From NCBI RefSeq assembly GCF_021246445.1, contig NZ_JAJQXW010000002.1, positions 496,001 through 560,000 of the forward strand: a stretch of DNA of 64,000 nt, given 5' to 3'. The translations under genes and the position numbers were made by a program. Source of the DNA: Rhabdothermincola salaria. Its GTDB lineage: Bacteria > Actinomycetota > Acidimicrobiia > Acidimicrobiales > Acidimicrobilacustridaceae. Positions 27,235-35,555 of the stretch are shown here, in pieces. The notes under the pieces were generated by a model, which had not been told where the DNA came from, did not search any database, and saw only the letters and a program-made list of their open reading frames with translations. How positions within the stretch are numbered: the first letter of the stretch is position 1; each line of letters begins with the position of its first letter.

Positions 27235-28964
27235 GCCCCCACCCCCTGTGCCGCCTGGGACTCGACGATCTCCTGGTAGGTCGGACAGGTCTCGAGGAGC
27301 TCGGTGTGGGTCCCCAACCCGACCGTGCGGCCCTCCTCCAGCACCAGGATCTGGTCGGCGTCGGCGATGGTGGACACCCGTTGGGCCACCACGATCACGG
27401 TGGCGTCCCGGGTCCAGGGACGCAACGCGGCGCGCAGCCGGGCGTCGGTGGCCAGGTCGAGGGCCGAGAACGAGTCGTCGAACAGGTAGACCTCGGGGCG
27501 GCGGACGAGCGCCCGGGCGATGGCCAGACGCTGGCGTTGCCCGCCCGAGACGTTGCCGCCGCCCTGGGCGATGCGGGCCTCGAGGCCCCCGGCCATGGCC
27601 GCCACGAAGTCGGCGGCCTGGGCCACCTCCAACGCGGCCCACATCTCGTCGTCGGTGGCATCGGGCTTGCCGTAGCGCAGGTTCGACGCCACCGTGCCCG
27701 AGAAGAGGAAGGGCTTCTGGGGCACCAGGCCGACCCGGTCCCAGAGCAGCTGGGTGTCGAGGTCGCGCACGTCCACGCCGTCGAGGAGCACCGCGCCGCC
27801 GGTGACGTCGTAGAGGCGAGGGACCAGGTTGAGCAGCGTGCTCTTGCCCGAGCCGGTGCTGCCGATGACCGCCGTGGTCCGGCCCGGCAGGGAGCGGAAG
27901 CTGACCTCGGAGACCACGGGCTCGGCCGCGCCCGGATAGGAGAAGCTCACGGCGCGGAACTCGACGAGGCCGTGCTCGTCGAGTTGGCGGACCGGCTCGG
28001 CGGCCTGGCGGACCGAGGTGTCGGTGTCGAGGACCTCGACGATGCGCTCGGCGCTGACGGCCGCTCGGGGGGCGAGCAGGGCCACGAACGTCGCCATCAT
28101 GATCGACATCAAGATGATGGTGAAGTAGCTGATGAAGGCGATCATGTCGCCGAGCGAGAGGTCCCCCGAGTCGACCCGGATGGACCCGAACCAGATCACC
28201 CCGACCGTGGAGGCGTTGACCACCAGCATCACCACCGGGAACATCAGCGCCATCAACCGGCCGGCTATCAACGACGTGTGGGTGAGCTTGTCGTTGACGT
28301 CGGCGAAGCGGGCCGACTCCTCGGGCTCGCGCACGAAGGCCCGCACCACCCGCATGCCGGTGATCTGCTCGCGCAGCACCCGGTTCACCCCGTCGATGCG
28401 GGTCTGCATGAGCCGGAACTGCGGGACCATGCGCGAGATGATGAACAGCAGCACCACCAGCAGCGCCGGGATGCTGACGATCAGCAGCGACGACAGGCCC
28501 ACGTCGGTCGTGATGGCCATCACGATGCCGCCGATGGCGATGATGGGGGCGCCGATCGCCATGGTCATGGTCATGACCACGAGCATCTGGACCTGTTGCA
28601 CGTCGTTGGTGATGCGGTTGATCAACGACGGGGCGCCGAGCAGGTCGACCTCTTGTTGGGAGAAGGACGTGACCCGGTGGAAGAGGTCGCGGCGCACGTC
28701 GCGCCCGAAGCCCATGGCCACCCGGGCGCCCACGAACACCGCGGTGATCGAGACCGCGATCTGGGCCAGCGAGACGGCCAGCATCAAGCCGCCCATGCGC
28801 CAGATGTAGTCGGTGTCCCCGGTCAGCACGCCGTCGTCGATGATCAGCGCGTTGATGCGGGGCAGGAACAGGTTGGCCGCGGCCTGCCCGGCCTGGAGGA
28901 GCAGGATCAGCACCAGCAGCCGGCGGTACGGGCGCAGGTGGGTTCGGAGGAGTCGGACGAGCAA
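27231..28964 (-). CDS. Heterodimeric ABC exporter, TMD+NBD subunit 1 (degenerate site)
   Basis: GSTGSGKST, VSGGQRQR, degenerate Walker B YLFDDSFSALD and switch VAQR. Confidence 0.93.
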   Translation of the reverse strand: MLVRLLRTHLRPYRRLLVLILLLQAGQAAANLFLPRINALIIDDGVLTGDTDYIWRMGGLMLAVSLAQIAVSITAVFVGARVAMGFGRDVRRDLFHRVTSFSQQEVDLLGAPSLINRITNDVQQVQMLVVMTMTMAIGAPIIAIGGIVMAITTDVGLSSLLIVSIPALLVVLLFIISRMVPQFRLMQTRIDGVNRVLREQITGMRVVRAFVREPEESARFADVNDKLTHTSLIAGRLMALMFPVVMLVVNASTVGVIWFGSIRVDSGDLSLGDMIAFISYFTIILMSIMMATFVALLAPRAAVSAERIVEVLDTDTSVRQAAEPVRQLDEHGLVEFRAVSFSYPGAAEPVVSEVSFRSLPGRTTAVIGSTGSGKSTLLNLVPRLYDVTGGAVLLDGVDVRDLDTQLLWDRVGLVPQKPFLFSGTVASNLRYGKPDATDDEMWAALEVAQAADFVAAMAGGLEARIAQGGGNVSGGQRQRLAIARALVRRPEVYLFDDSFSALDLATDARLRAALRPWTRDATVIVVAQRVSTIADADQILVLEEGRTVGLGTHTELLETCPTYQEIVESQAAQGVGA

Positions 28965-29150
28965 GAGGCCCTCGCGCGGATGGTGGATCGACGTGCGGTG
29001 CGGGCGAGCCGTGGCGGTTCCGACACCTTCTGTTCACCATTCTCCCTCGTTCGGCGCCGTGGTGCGTCAACCGGCCGCTCCGCGGGTCTGCGCCCCTCGG
29101 TGCCGAGCGTCGTGGTCGCCCGAGGTGCGGGCGGTGGGCGCCGGGTGCGC

Positions 29151-30965
29151 TCAGTCGCCGGCCGGGGGCACCATCACGATCGCGAGGGGCACCCCGTCGC
29201 GCTGCAGCTCGTCCCGGCGCGCCACCAGGTCGGGGTCGACCCCGGGGGTCACGGTCGCCTCCCAGAGGCCGTTGCCGTCGTCGAGGACGGCGACCAGGTC
29301 GTCGCGCCCGGCCGCCAGCAACTGGGCTCGCAGCGTCGCGGTGACCTCCGCCCGTTCTTCGGCCAACGACGGGGGGAGGGGATCCCATCGGGCGATGGCC
29401 ACGGCGTCGGGTCGGGCCAGGGCCTCGTCGATGGTGGGCCCGGTGGCCACGACGAGCTCCGGGGTGCCCGGTGGCGCGGGCTCGGAGCGCTGGGTTCCGA
29501 ACTTGTGGCGCTGCTCGGGCGGGGTGCGCACCTCGATGCCGGCATCGTCGAGGACGGCGGTGACGGCGTCGGTGAGCCACCCGGCGAGCGGCCCGGTGCC
29601 CGACAGGGTGACGCTGTCGACGTCGTCGTCGCGGAGCGCCGCGACCATGGGATCGGACACGGAGAGGATCGCCGGCACGAAGTCACCGTTGGGCACGGCG
29701 TCCCGGTCGATGGCCCGCACCGTGGACAGACCGGCCGGGACGACGACCACCAGCGAGGCGGCGGCCAGCACCACCGGTACCCGGAACCGGTCGGGCAGGG
29801 CGCCCCACAGCGTGAGGGCCACCGCCACGGTGCCGAGCATGGCGATGATCCACCACCACCGAAGGAGGTAGTCGAAGGGCTCCCCGGTGAGGCGTGCGAC
29901 CGACACCCAGCCGAGCAGGGTGGCGAGGGCGACCACGCCGAGCAACCGCAGGGCGGTGGTGCACTCCCGCCAGACCGCGAGGGCGACGGTGGCGACGGCG
30001 ACGGCGATCGGCCCCAGCAGGGCAACCGCTTCTCGGCCCCGCGTGCCGCCGCCCACCGGGTTGGTGGGCTCAGCCCCGCCGAGCCAGGGCGGACGCCAAC
30101 CGGCCAGCTCGCGGCTCGTGATCTCGACGGCCGGGCCCCAACCGAGGGGCTCATCGGAGCCGCTGGTGAAGTGCTCGGCGAGGTCGACGGCGTTGCCGAC
30201 GCCGAAGAGCTGGTCGAGCAGCACCGGGATCCAGGCGATCGCGAGGATCAGGGCGGGCACCGCCCACCACCGCTCGCCGCGCCGCTGCCGCGCGGTCGCC
30301 ACCACGGCGAGGCCCAGGAGCCCGGCCACCAGCACCCCGAAGCCCACGTGGGCCTGCACGATGTACGAACCGGCGGCGACGGCGATCGCCAAGCCGGCGC
30401 GGTCGCCGTCGACCGCCGCCCAGGTGGCCACCACGACGACGCCGAAGGGCAGCAGCGTCAACCAGGGGTTCCAGGGGTCCCACAGCTGCCCGGCGGGGAG
30501 GTTGGCGGCGAGCACGGCGACACCGGCCGAGAGCAGGGCGACGGCGGCCAGCCCGCCGCGACGCCAGGCCAACCAGAGCATGGCGGAGGCGGCGCCCAGG
30601 TTGACGGCGGCGGCGGCGGTGAGCAGACCCCACGGGTTCGAGCCGAGCAGGCGGTAGGGGCCGGCCAGGAGCCAGAAGAACCAGGGGCCGGGATGGTTCC
30701 ACCCGTAGCGGGAGTAGGGGCCGAGCAGGGGGGTGAGGGTGGTTCCGACGTCGCGTGTGCGCAGCTCGATGACGGCCCAGTCGCCGGCGGCCCGCCAGTC
30801 GATGCCGATGCTCGCGGCCGTCGTGACGGCCAAGGGGGCGAGGGCCAGCAGGGCCACGATCCATGCCGCGGTGCGCTCGTGGCGGGCCCACCGCCGAGGG
30901 GCGAGGACGTCACCCGAGCGCCCGGACGGGACGGTCGCGTCGACGGCGAGGGCATCGGTGGGCAC
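29151..30965 (-). CDS. Polytopic membrane protein, possibly GT-C-like glycosyltransferase (start uncertain)
   Basis: About 11-12 hydrophobic segments; first loop GDWAVIELR...LLGPYSRYGWNHPGP; DPWNPW; soluble C-terminal domain. Confidence 0.6.
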   Translation of the reverse strand: MPTDALAVDATVPSGRSGDVLAPRRWARHERTAAWIVALLALAPLAVTTAASIGIDWRAAGDWAVIELRTRDVGTTLTPLLGPYSRYGWNHPGPWFFWLLAGPYRLLGSNPWGLLTAAAAVNLGAASAMLWLAWRRGGLAAVALLSAGVAVLAANLPAGQLWDPWNPWLTLLPFGVVVVATWAAVDGDRAGLAIAVAAGSYIVQAHVGFGVLVAGLLGLAVVATARQRRGERWWAVPALILAIAWIPVLLDQLFGVGNAVDLAEHFTSGSDEPLGWGPAVEITSRELAGWRPPWLGGAEPTNPVGGGTRGREAVALLGPIAVAVATVALAVWRECTTALRLLGVVALATLLGWVSVARLTGEPFDYLLRWWWIIAMLGTVAVALTLWGALPDRFRVPVVLAAASLVVVVPAGLSTVRAIDRDAVPNGDFVPAILSVSDPMVAALRDDDVDSVTLSGTGPLAGWLTDAVTAVLDDAGIEVRTPPEQRHKFGTQRSEPAPPGTPELVVATGPTIDEALARPDAVAIARWDPLPPSLAEERAEVTATLRAQLLAAGRDDLVAVLDDGNGLWEATVTPGVDPDLVARRDELQRDGVPLAIVMVPPAGD

Positions 30966-31107
30966 GGCGGACGACGCTAACGCCGCCCGCTGTCGTCCTC
31001 GGCGCGGCGGACCTCGACGTACCGTGCGCCGCGCGACGCCGGGCGCGTGGCAGGCTGCCGCTCCCCCGCCGGCGGCCGAGCCGGTCCCGATCCGAACGGA
31101 GAGACGG

Positions 31108-31620
31108 ATGTCGAGAGGCGACGAAGCGGCCCTGGCCGCGGAGGCCACCCGGGTGCTGACGGCGGCCCGCCCCGGTGACGACGAGGTGCTGGCGGCCGGG
31201 GTGTTCGGCCTGCAGGATCTGATGTGGGCCCAGGTCGGGGGCGGCACGGTCGGAGCCCTCGGGGGTGACCTCGTGGCCGGCACGGCCGGGATGGCGGTCG
31301 GGGCTGCCCTGGGGGGCTACGCGGCCAAGCTGGCGGCCTGCAAGGCCGAGGGCATCACCCTGCAGCTGCTGGTGGCGGTCACCCCGTCCACCATCCACGT
31401 GCTCAACCGCGACCCCGATGGCGAGCTCGAGCCGGTGGTGGCCAGCTTCCCGCGCTCGTCGACCGAGGTGCAGATCACCAAGTTCGGGCTCTCCCGCCTG
31501 GTGCGCCTCCACGATCGGGACAGCGATGTGGCGATGACCCTGCACGGCACGGCCGCGCCCTTCCTGGCACAGTCGAAGCCGGACGCCGTCGTGTTGCACC
31601 TGTTGGCCGCCTCCGAGTGA
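31108..31620 (+). CDS. Hypothetical protein with Gly-rich (glycine-zipper-like) segment
   Basis: GC3-biased frame from ATG 31108 with upstream GGAGAG; GGGTVGALGG...AVGAALGGYAA. Confidence 0.7.
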   Translation: MSRGDEAALAAEATRVLTAARPGDDEVLAAGVFGLQDLMWAQVGGGTVGALGGDLVAGTAGMAVGAALGGYAAKLAACKAEGITLQLLVAVTPSTIHVLNRDPDGELEPVVASFPRSSTEVQITKFGLSRLVRLHDRDSDVAMTLHGTAAPFLAQSKPDAVVLHLLAASE

Positions 31621-31724
31621 TCCGGGGCTCAGGGCGACCCGAGCAGCGGCGCGGCGCCTCGCAGGGCCCAGCCGGCCGCACCTGGTCACGACCGCCCGAC
31701 CGGCACCCGGCCGCGACGGAGGGT

Positions 31725-32888
31725 TCAGGCTGACCCGGCGACCGCGGCTCCCGGGTCCAACGTGGTGGCGCGGGCGGCACCGGCGACCTCCGGGTGCCCG
31801 GAGCCGTGTCGGTGAGGGGCTCCCAGCGGGATCCGCAAGCTCGAGCGGCCTCGGTCCCAGGCGGTTCGGAGGTGCTCGGCCAGCCGGCGCTCGACGAGGT
31901 CGAGCGCGGCGGCGCCGAAGACGATCTCGGCACCGCAGCCGGGGTCCTGGGCGAGGAGGCCCCCCACGAGGTGGTTGCGGGCCAGGGGCCCGTGGTGGTC
32001 GTCGGCCTGGACGTGCACGTCGAAGAAGCGTCGGGCCTCGGGTCCGAGGGCCAGACGGTCGCACAGCTCGGCGTAGCGGCCCATGGGCCCGACCGACGTC
32101 ATCTCGAACAGGGCCAGGTGCCCGGCGAGGGCGGGGACGAGCCGGCGGGCCGAACCCAGGTGCGAGATCAGGTTGGTCGTGGCCAGGGTGACCGCGGGGA
32201 CGTGGTCGACCCAGGCCCCGTAGGCGTCGTCGAGGCCGGCGGAGCGCAGGGTGGCGGCGAAGAGGTCGGCGTGTGCCTGCCCGGGCCGCCCCTCCCCGTA
32301 CTCGTCGCTCTGGATCTCGACCATGGCCGCCTTGGGCAGCCCGGCCAGCCGGGGCAACCCCCAGCTGTGGGGGTCGGCCTCTTTGGACTGGTAGGGGGCC
32401 CGGTGGGCCAGGAACTCGAGGAACCAGTCGAGGCGTTCGGCGGCCAGCAGGTGGGCCGACAGGGAGGGGCCGTCGCCGCCGCTGGTGAGCTCGTCGAGGT
32501 AGCGCAGCGGATCGGTGCCGGCCGCGGCGGTGAGCTCCCGCAGGGCCCCTTCGATCTGTCCGCCGAGGTCGCGCCGGAGCTCGAAGGTCGTGGTGCTCTC
32601 CTCCCACCCCGGGTGCACGCCGGCGAAGCCCCGGTAGGACAGCTCCCAGCAGCAGTAGAGGGCGAGCTGCAGGTCATCGTCGCTCAGAGGGTCGTCGACC
32701 GCGAGCGAGGGGAGCGGGGGGAGCGCGCCGTTCGGTGGGTGGCCCAGCCAGAGCTCGAACAGCGAGGCGGTGAGCGGTCCGCGGGGCGCAGGCAAGCGGG
32801 CCGGTCGGGCCGGGGCCGACGGTCGCGTCGGGTCCGACAGAGCTGAGGGGAGATGGGCGTCCGCCACGAGGCCTCCTGGGAGTGGCAC
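31725..32888 (-). CDS. Iron-containing redox enzyme (heme-oxygenase-like diiron) family protein; start uncertain
   Basis: DDLQLALYCCWELSYRG, YQSKEADPHSW, EIQSDEYGEG...HADLF, GHLALFEMTS, FFDVHVQADDHH. Confidence 0.85.
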   Translation of the reverse strand: MPLPGGLVADAHLPSALSDPTRPSAPARPARLPAPRGPLTASLFELWLGHPPNGALPPLPSLAVDDPLSDDDLQLALYCCWELSYRGFAGVHPGWEESTTTFELRRDLGGQIEGALRELTAAAGTDPLRYLDELTSGGDGPSLSAHLLAAERLDWFLEFLAHRAPYQSKEADPHSWGLPRLAGLPKAAMVEIQSDEYGEGRPGQAHADLFAATLRSAGLDDAYGAWVDHVPAVTLATTNLISHLGSARRLVPALAGHLALFEMTSVGPMGRYAELCDRLALGPEARRFFDVHVQADDHHGPLARNHLVGGLLAQDPGCGAEIVFGAAALDLVERRLAEHLRTAWDRGRSSLRIPLGAPHRHGSGHPEVAGAARATTLDPGAAVAGSA

Positions 32889-33096
32889 GCCGCTCTCCTA
32901 CCCCGGCTCGGACGTCGGGGGACCTGGGTGCAGGCGGTGCGTCGGACGGGTCCGATCGATGCCCTCGATCGCGGATGTGACCAAAGGCCCCACAGATCGT
33001 GTGTAGGCCGCCACGGATCGTGTCGATACCTCAGGTACACCACGGGCCGCAAGGGCCCGGGACACGAAGTCCGAATCCCGCCCGAGGAGGCCGGTC

Positions 33097-33573
33097 ATGG
33101 CTGCTCCCACAACCACCACCACCACGAAGCGCTCACCGCACCGCCGCACCGTCCGCACCGCCGCTGCTGCGGCCGGCGTGGCCCTGCTGCTCGGCCTGGG
33201 TGCCGCGTGCACCCCCGAGGCCAACCACGCCGCCAACCTGGTCAACCAGACGAGGGCCTCCAACGGCCTCCCGGCGCTGCAGTTCAACACCATGCTCTAC
33301 CTGAAGGCTCAGGGCTGGGCCGGGCACATGGCCAGCCAGGGCCGTCTGTCGCACTCGCGGCTGGCCGATGCCAACTGGTCGACCACCTGGACCAAGCTGG
33401 GCGAGAACGTCGGTGTGGCCTACAGCATCGAGGGCGTCCACAACGCCTTCATGAACTCGCCGACGCACAAGGCCAACATCGTGGACCGCACCTACAACAA
33501 GATCGGCACCGGCGTGCACGTCAGCGCCGACGGGCGGGTCTGGGTCGTCCAGGAGTTCATGCACGAGTGGTGA
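33097..33573 (+). CDS. CAP/SCP domain lipoprotein
   Basis: Lipobox LGAAC; LVNQTRASNGLPAL, LSHS, GENVG, FMNSPTHKANI, IGTG, WVVQEF; RBS GAGGAGG. Confidence 0.92.
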   Translation: MAAPTTTTTTKRSPHRRTVRTAAAAAGVALLLGLGAACTPEANHAANLVNQTRASNGLPALQFNTMLYLKAQGWAGHMASQGRLSHSRLADANWSTTWTKLGENVGVAYSIEGVHNAFMNSPTHKANIVDRTYNKIGTGVHVSADGRVWVVQEFMHEW

Positions 33574-33596
33574 GCGACTGACCGGCTTCCACCACG

Positions 33597-33625
33597 ACCG
33601 CCGCCCCCGTCGAGGGGGCGGCGGT
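33597..33625. terminator. Bidirectional terminator hairpin between convergent genes
   Basis: ACCGCCGCCCCC-GTCGA-GGGGGCGGCGGT: perfect 12-bp stem. Confidence 0.75.
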
Positions 33626-33642
33626 GTCGCGTTCGGGAGAGG

Positions 33643-34032
33643 TCACTGCACGACGATCTCGCCGGTCATGCCCTCGCCGCTGTGGATGGCGCAGAAGTAG
33701 GGATGGGTGCCGGGCTCGTCGAAGGTGACGTCCACGCTCTCGCCCTGGGCGAGATCGTGGTCGAAGTCGTCGGCGGGCTCGTCCCTCGTCCCTGCGGTCA
33801 CCGTGTGGGTGGTGTCGTCGAGGTTCTCGAAGGTGACGGTGGTGCCCGCCTCCACCTCCAGCGGGTCGGGGCTGAAGATGAAGGTGTCGATGGTGACCTC
33901 TGCGACGGTCGTCGCCGAGTCGTCACCGGTGGTGGCGTCGGTGGAGGTGGCGTCATCGGATGCGCACCCACCGAGGCCGATGGCCGCGACCAGGAAGGTC
34001 GCGGCCATCGAACGCTTCAGCAGCGGCGTCAT
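33643..34032 (-). CDS. Cupredoxin (plastocyanin/azurin-like) lipoprotein
   Basis: Lipobox LGGC; FSPDPLEVEAGTTVTFENLD..THTVT; type-1 Cu ligands YFCAIH...MTGEIVV; TGATG-coupled to upstream gene. Confidence 0.92.
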   Translation of the reverse strand: MTPLLKRSMAATFLVAAIGLGGCASDDATSTDATTGDDSATTVAEVTIDTFIFSPDPLEVEAGTTVTFENLDDTTHTVTAGTRDEPADDFDHDLAQGESVDVTFDEPGTHPYFCAIHSGEGMTGEIVVQ

Positions 34033-35306
34033 CAGCTACCGAACTGGTCGGGCATCTGGGCCACGATCGCCCCGGACAGGGCCTGGGCGGTGGAGGGCAT
34101 GTGCTGCGCCGCGGTCCGCAGCTCCGGGAACACCTCGGGGCTGCCGGCGACGAGGGCGTCGATGGCGGCGACGAGGGTGTCGATGTGCATCTGCAGGTTC
34201 TCGGAGGTGGTCTCGGCGGCGAGCTCGCCGTCGGTGGCGCTGTCGATGAACGCCGCGAACTCGTCCTTGTAGCTGTCGAGCTCGGCCTTGGCCTCGTCGG
34301 CGGCAGCCTGGTCGCCACCGGCGGAGGCGGCGGTGTAGTCGACGAACATGGTGATGTGGTCACGCCACAGGGCGAGGAACTGCTCTCCGGCTTCGTCGCC
34401 GTAGATGCCGGCGATGGCTTCGGACAGGGCCACCGAGTTGGCGTCGAGGGTCTCGACGGCGGCCGTGGTGGAGGGGGCCTCGAGGCCGTCGCCCACCGCG
34501 GTGCTGATGGCGATGCCCGCCAGGTAGACGTGCTCCTGGAGCAGCGCGGTCAGCCCGGCCCGCAGCTCGGCGGCGGGGGCGTCGACCTCACCGTCGAACT
34601 CGTCGGGCATCTGGGTCACGATCGCCCCGGACAGGGCCGCAGCCGTGGTGGACATGTGCCCGGCGGCCGTCTGCAGCAGGCCGAAGGCCTCGGGGCTGCC
34701 GGCGACGACGGCGTCGATGGCGGCGACGAGGGTGTCGATGTGCATCTGCAGGTTCTCGGAGGTGGTCTCGGCGGCGAGCTCGCCGTCGGTGGCGCTGTCG
34801 ATGAACGCCGCGAACTCGTCCTTGTAGCTGTCGAGCTCGGCCTTGGCCTCGTCGGCGGCAGCCTGGTCGCCACCGGCGGAGGCGGCGGTGTAGTCGACGA
34901 ACATGGTGATGTGGTCACGCCACAGGGCGAGGAACTGCTCTCCGGCTTCGTCGCCGTAGATGCCGGCGATGGCTTCGGACAGGGCCACCGAGTTGGCGTC
35001 GAGGGTCTCGACGGCGGCCGTGGTGGAGGGGGCCTCGAGGCCGTCGCCCACCGCGGTGCTGATGGCGATGCCCGCCAGGTAGACGTGCTCCTGGAGCAGG
35101 TTGGTGAGGGCGCTGCGCAACTCCGACGCACCCGTGTCGATGCCCATGGGCAAGGCGTCCATGTCCATCCCGTCCATCGTGGTGCTGCTCTCGCTGGCCA
35201 CCGTGGTGGTGGTGCTGGCGGCGTCGTCGCTCTCGCTGGCGCACGCGGCGCCGACCAGGGACAGGGCGGCTGCGACGCCGACGATTCGTAGACCGTTTCG
35301 CTTCAT
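34032..35306 (-). CDS. Lipoprotein with two tandem helical His-containing domains (resembles proteins loosely annotated 'copper amine oxidase' in Bacillota, but no CAO catalytic domain seen)
   Basis: RBS GGAGG, MKR..., lipobox VGAAC, MDGMDMD, two copies of ELR..L..LLQEHVYLA...LWRDHITMFVDY...LQMHIDTL...AxHM. Confidence 0.8.
   Translation of the reverse strand: MKRNGLRIVGVAAALSLVGAACASESDDAASTTTTVASESSTTMDGMDMDALPMGIDTGASELRSALTNLLQEHVYLAGIAISTAVGDGLEAPSTTAAVETLDANSVALSEAIAGIYGDEAGEQFLALWRDHITMFVDYTAASAGGDQAAADEAKAELDSYKDEFAAFIDSATDGELAAETTSENLQMHIDTLVAAIDAVVAGSPEAFGLLQTAAGHMSTTAAALSGAIVTQMPDEFDGEVDAPAAELRAGLTALLQEHVYLAGIAISTAVGDGLEAPSTTAAVETLDANSVALSEAIAGIYGDEAGEQFLALWRDHITMFVDYTAASAGGDQAAADEAKAELDSYKDEFAAFIDSATDGELAAETTSENLQMHIDTLVAAIDALVAGSPEVFPELRTAAQHMPSTAQALSGAIVAQMPDQFGS
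34155..35099. repeat. Exact 390-bp direct repeat inside the lipoprotein gene (34155-34544 = 34710-35099, offset 555)
   Basis: Base-by-base comparison by eye found no mismatch; first mismatches at 34154/34709 and 34545/35100. Confidence 0.9.
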
Positions 35307-35340
35307 GGGGTGATCCTCCGTGTTGGGGGGGGGCTTTGGT

Positions 35341-35370
35341 CCCACTCCGCGGCCACCGGAGGATCCGGAT
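35341..35370 (-). promoter_or_regulatory. Putative ECF (SigK-type) promoter of the lipoprotein-cupredoxin operon
   Basis: Minus strand ATCCG-N16-CGGAGTGGG; same motif and spacing at 56922-56951. Confidence 0.6.
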
Positions 35371-35555
35371 CACGAGATCGAGCGTGGACCCCGAGAGGTC
35401 TCCTGCGGCCTCCTCTGTCCATCGGGGCATCGCCGCAGACCGTCGGCCTTCACGGGCGACGTCGATGCCACGCACCGTCGAGCGGTGCCGTGCCATCGGT
35501 CGCGAGGGGCGCCTCCGGATCGGCACTGCCCCGCAGGAGGCAGCTCCAACCTCTT

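Noticed and set aside
27235..29580. N-terminal extensions in the ORF track (ABC subunit 2; likewise AarF to 38093, RskA to 56754, PKS to 63516, channel to 61860, MFS to 54727)
   Set aside because: They overlap other real genes or promoters and have low-complexity Arg/Pro composition; starts were trimmed to motif- or RBS-supported codons.
32976..32994. Possible CRP/GlxR site TGTGA...CACA
   Set aside because: Half-site spacing does not fit TGTGA-N6-TCACA.
34032..35306. Calling this protein a copper amine oxidase
   Set aside because: No TPQ consensus or large beta catalytic domain seen; only helical His-containing repeats.
35325..35333. G9 homopolymer in the 5' leader as a phase-variation switch
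   Set aside because: It lies between promoter and RBS where a length change would not shift frame or -35/-10 spacing; G runs are common at this GC content.
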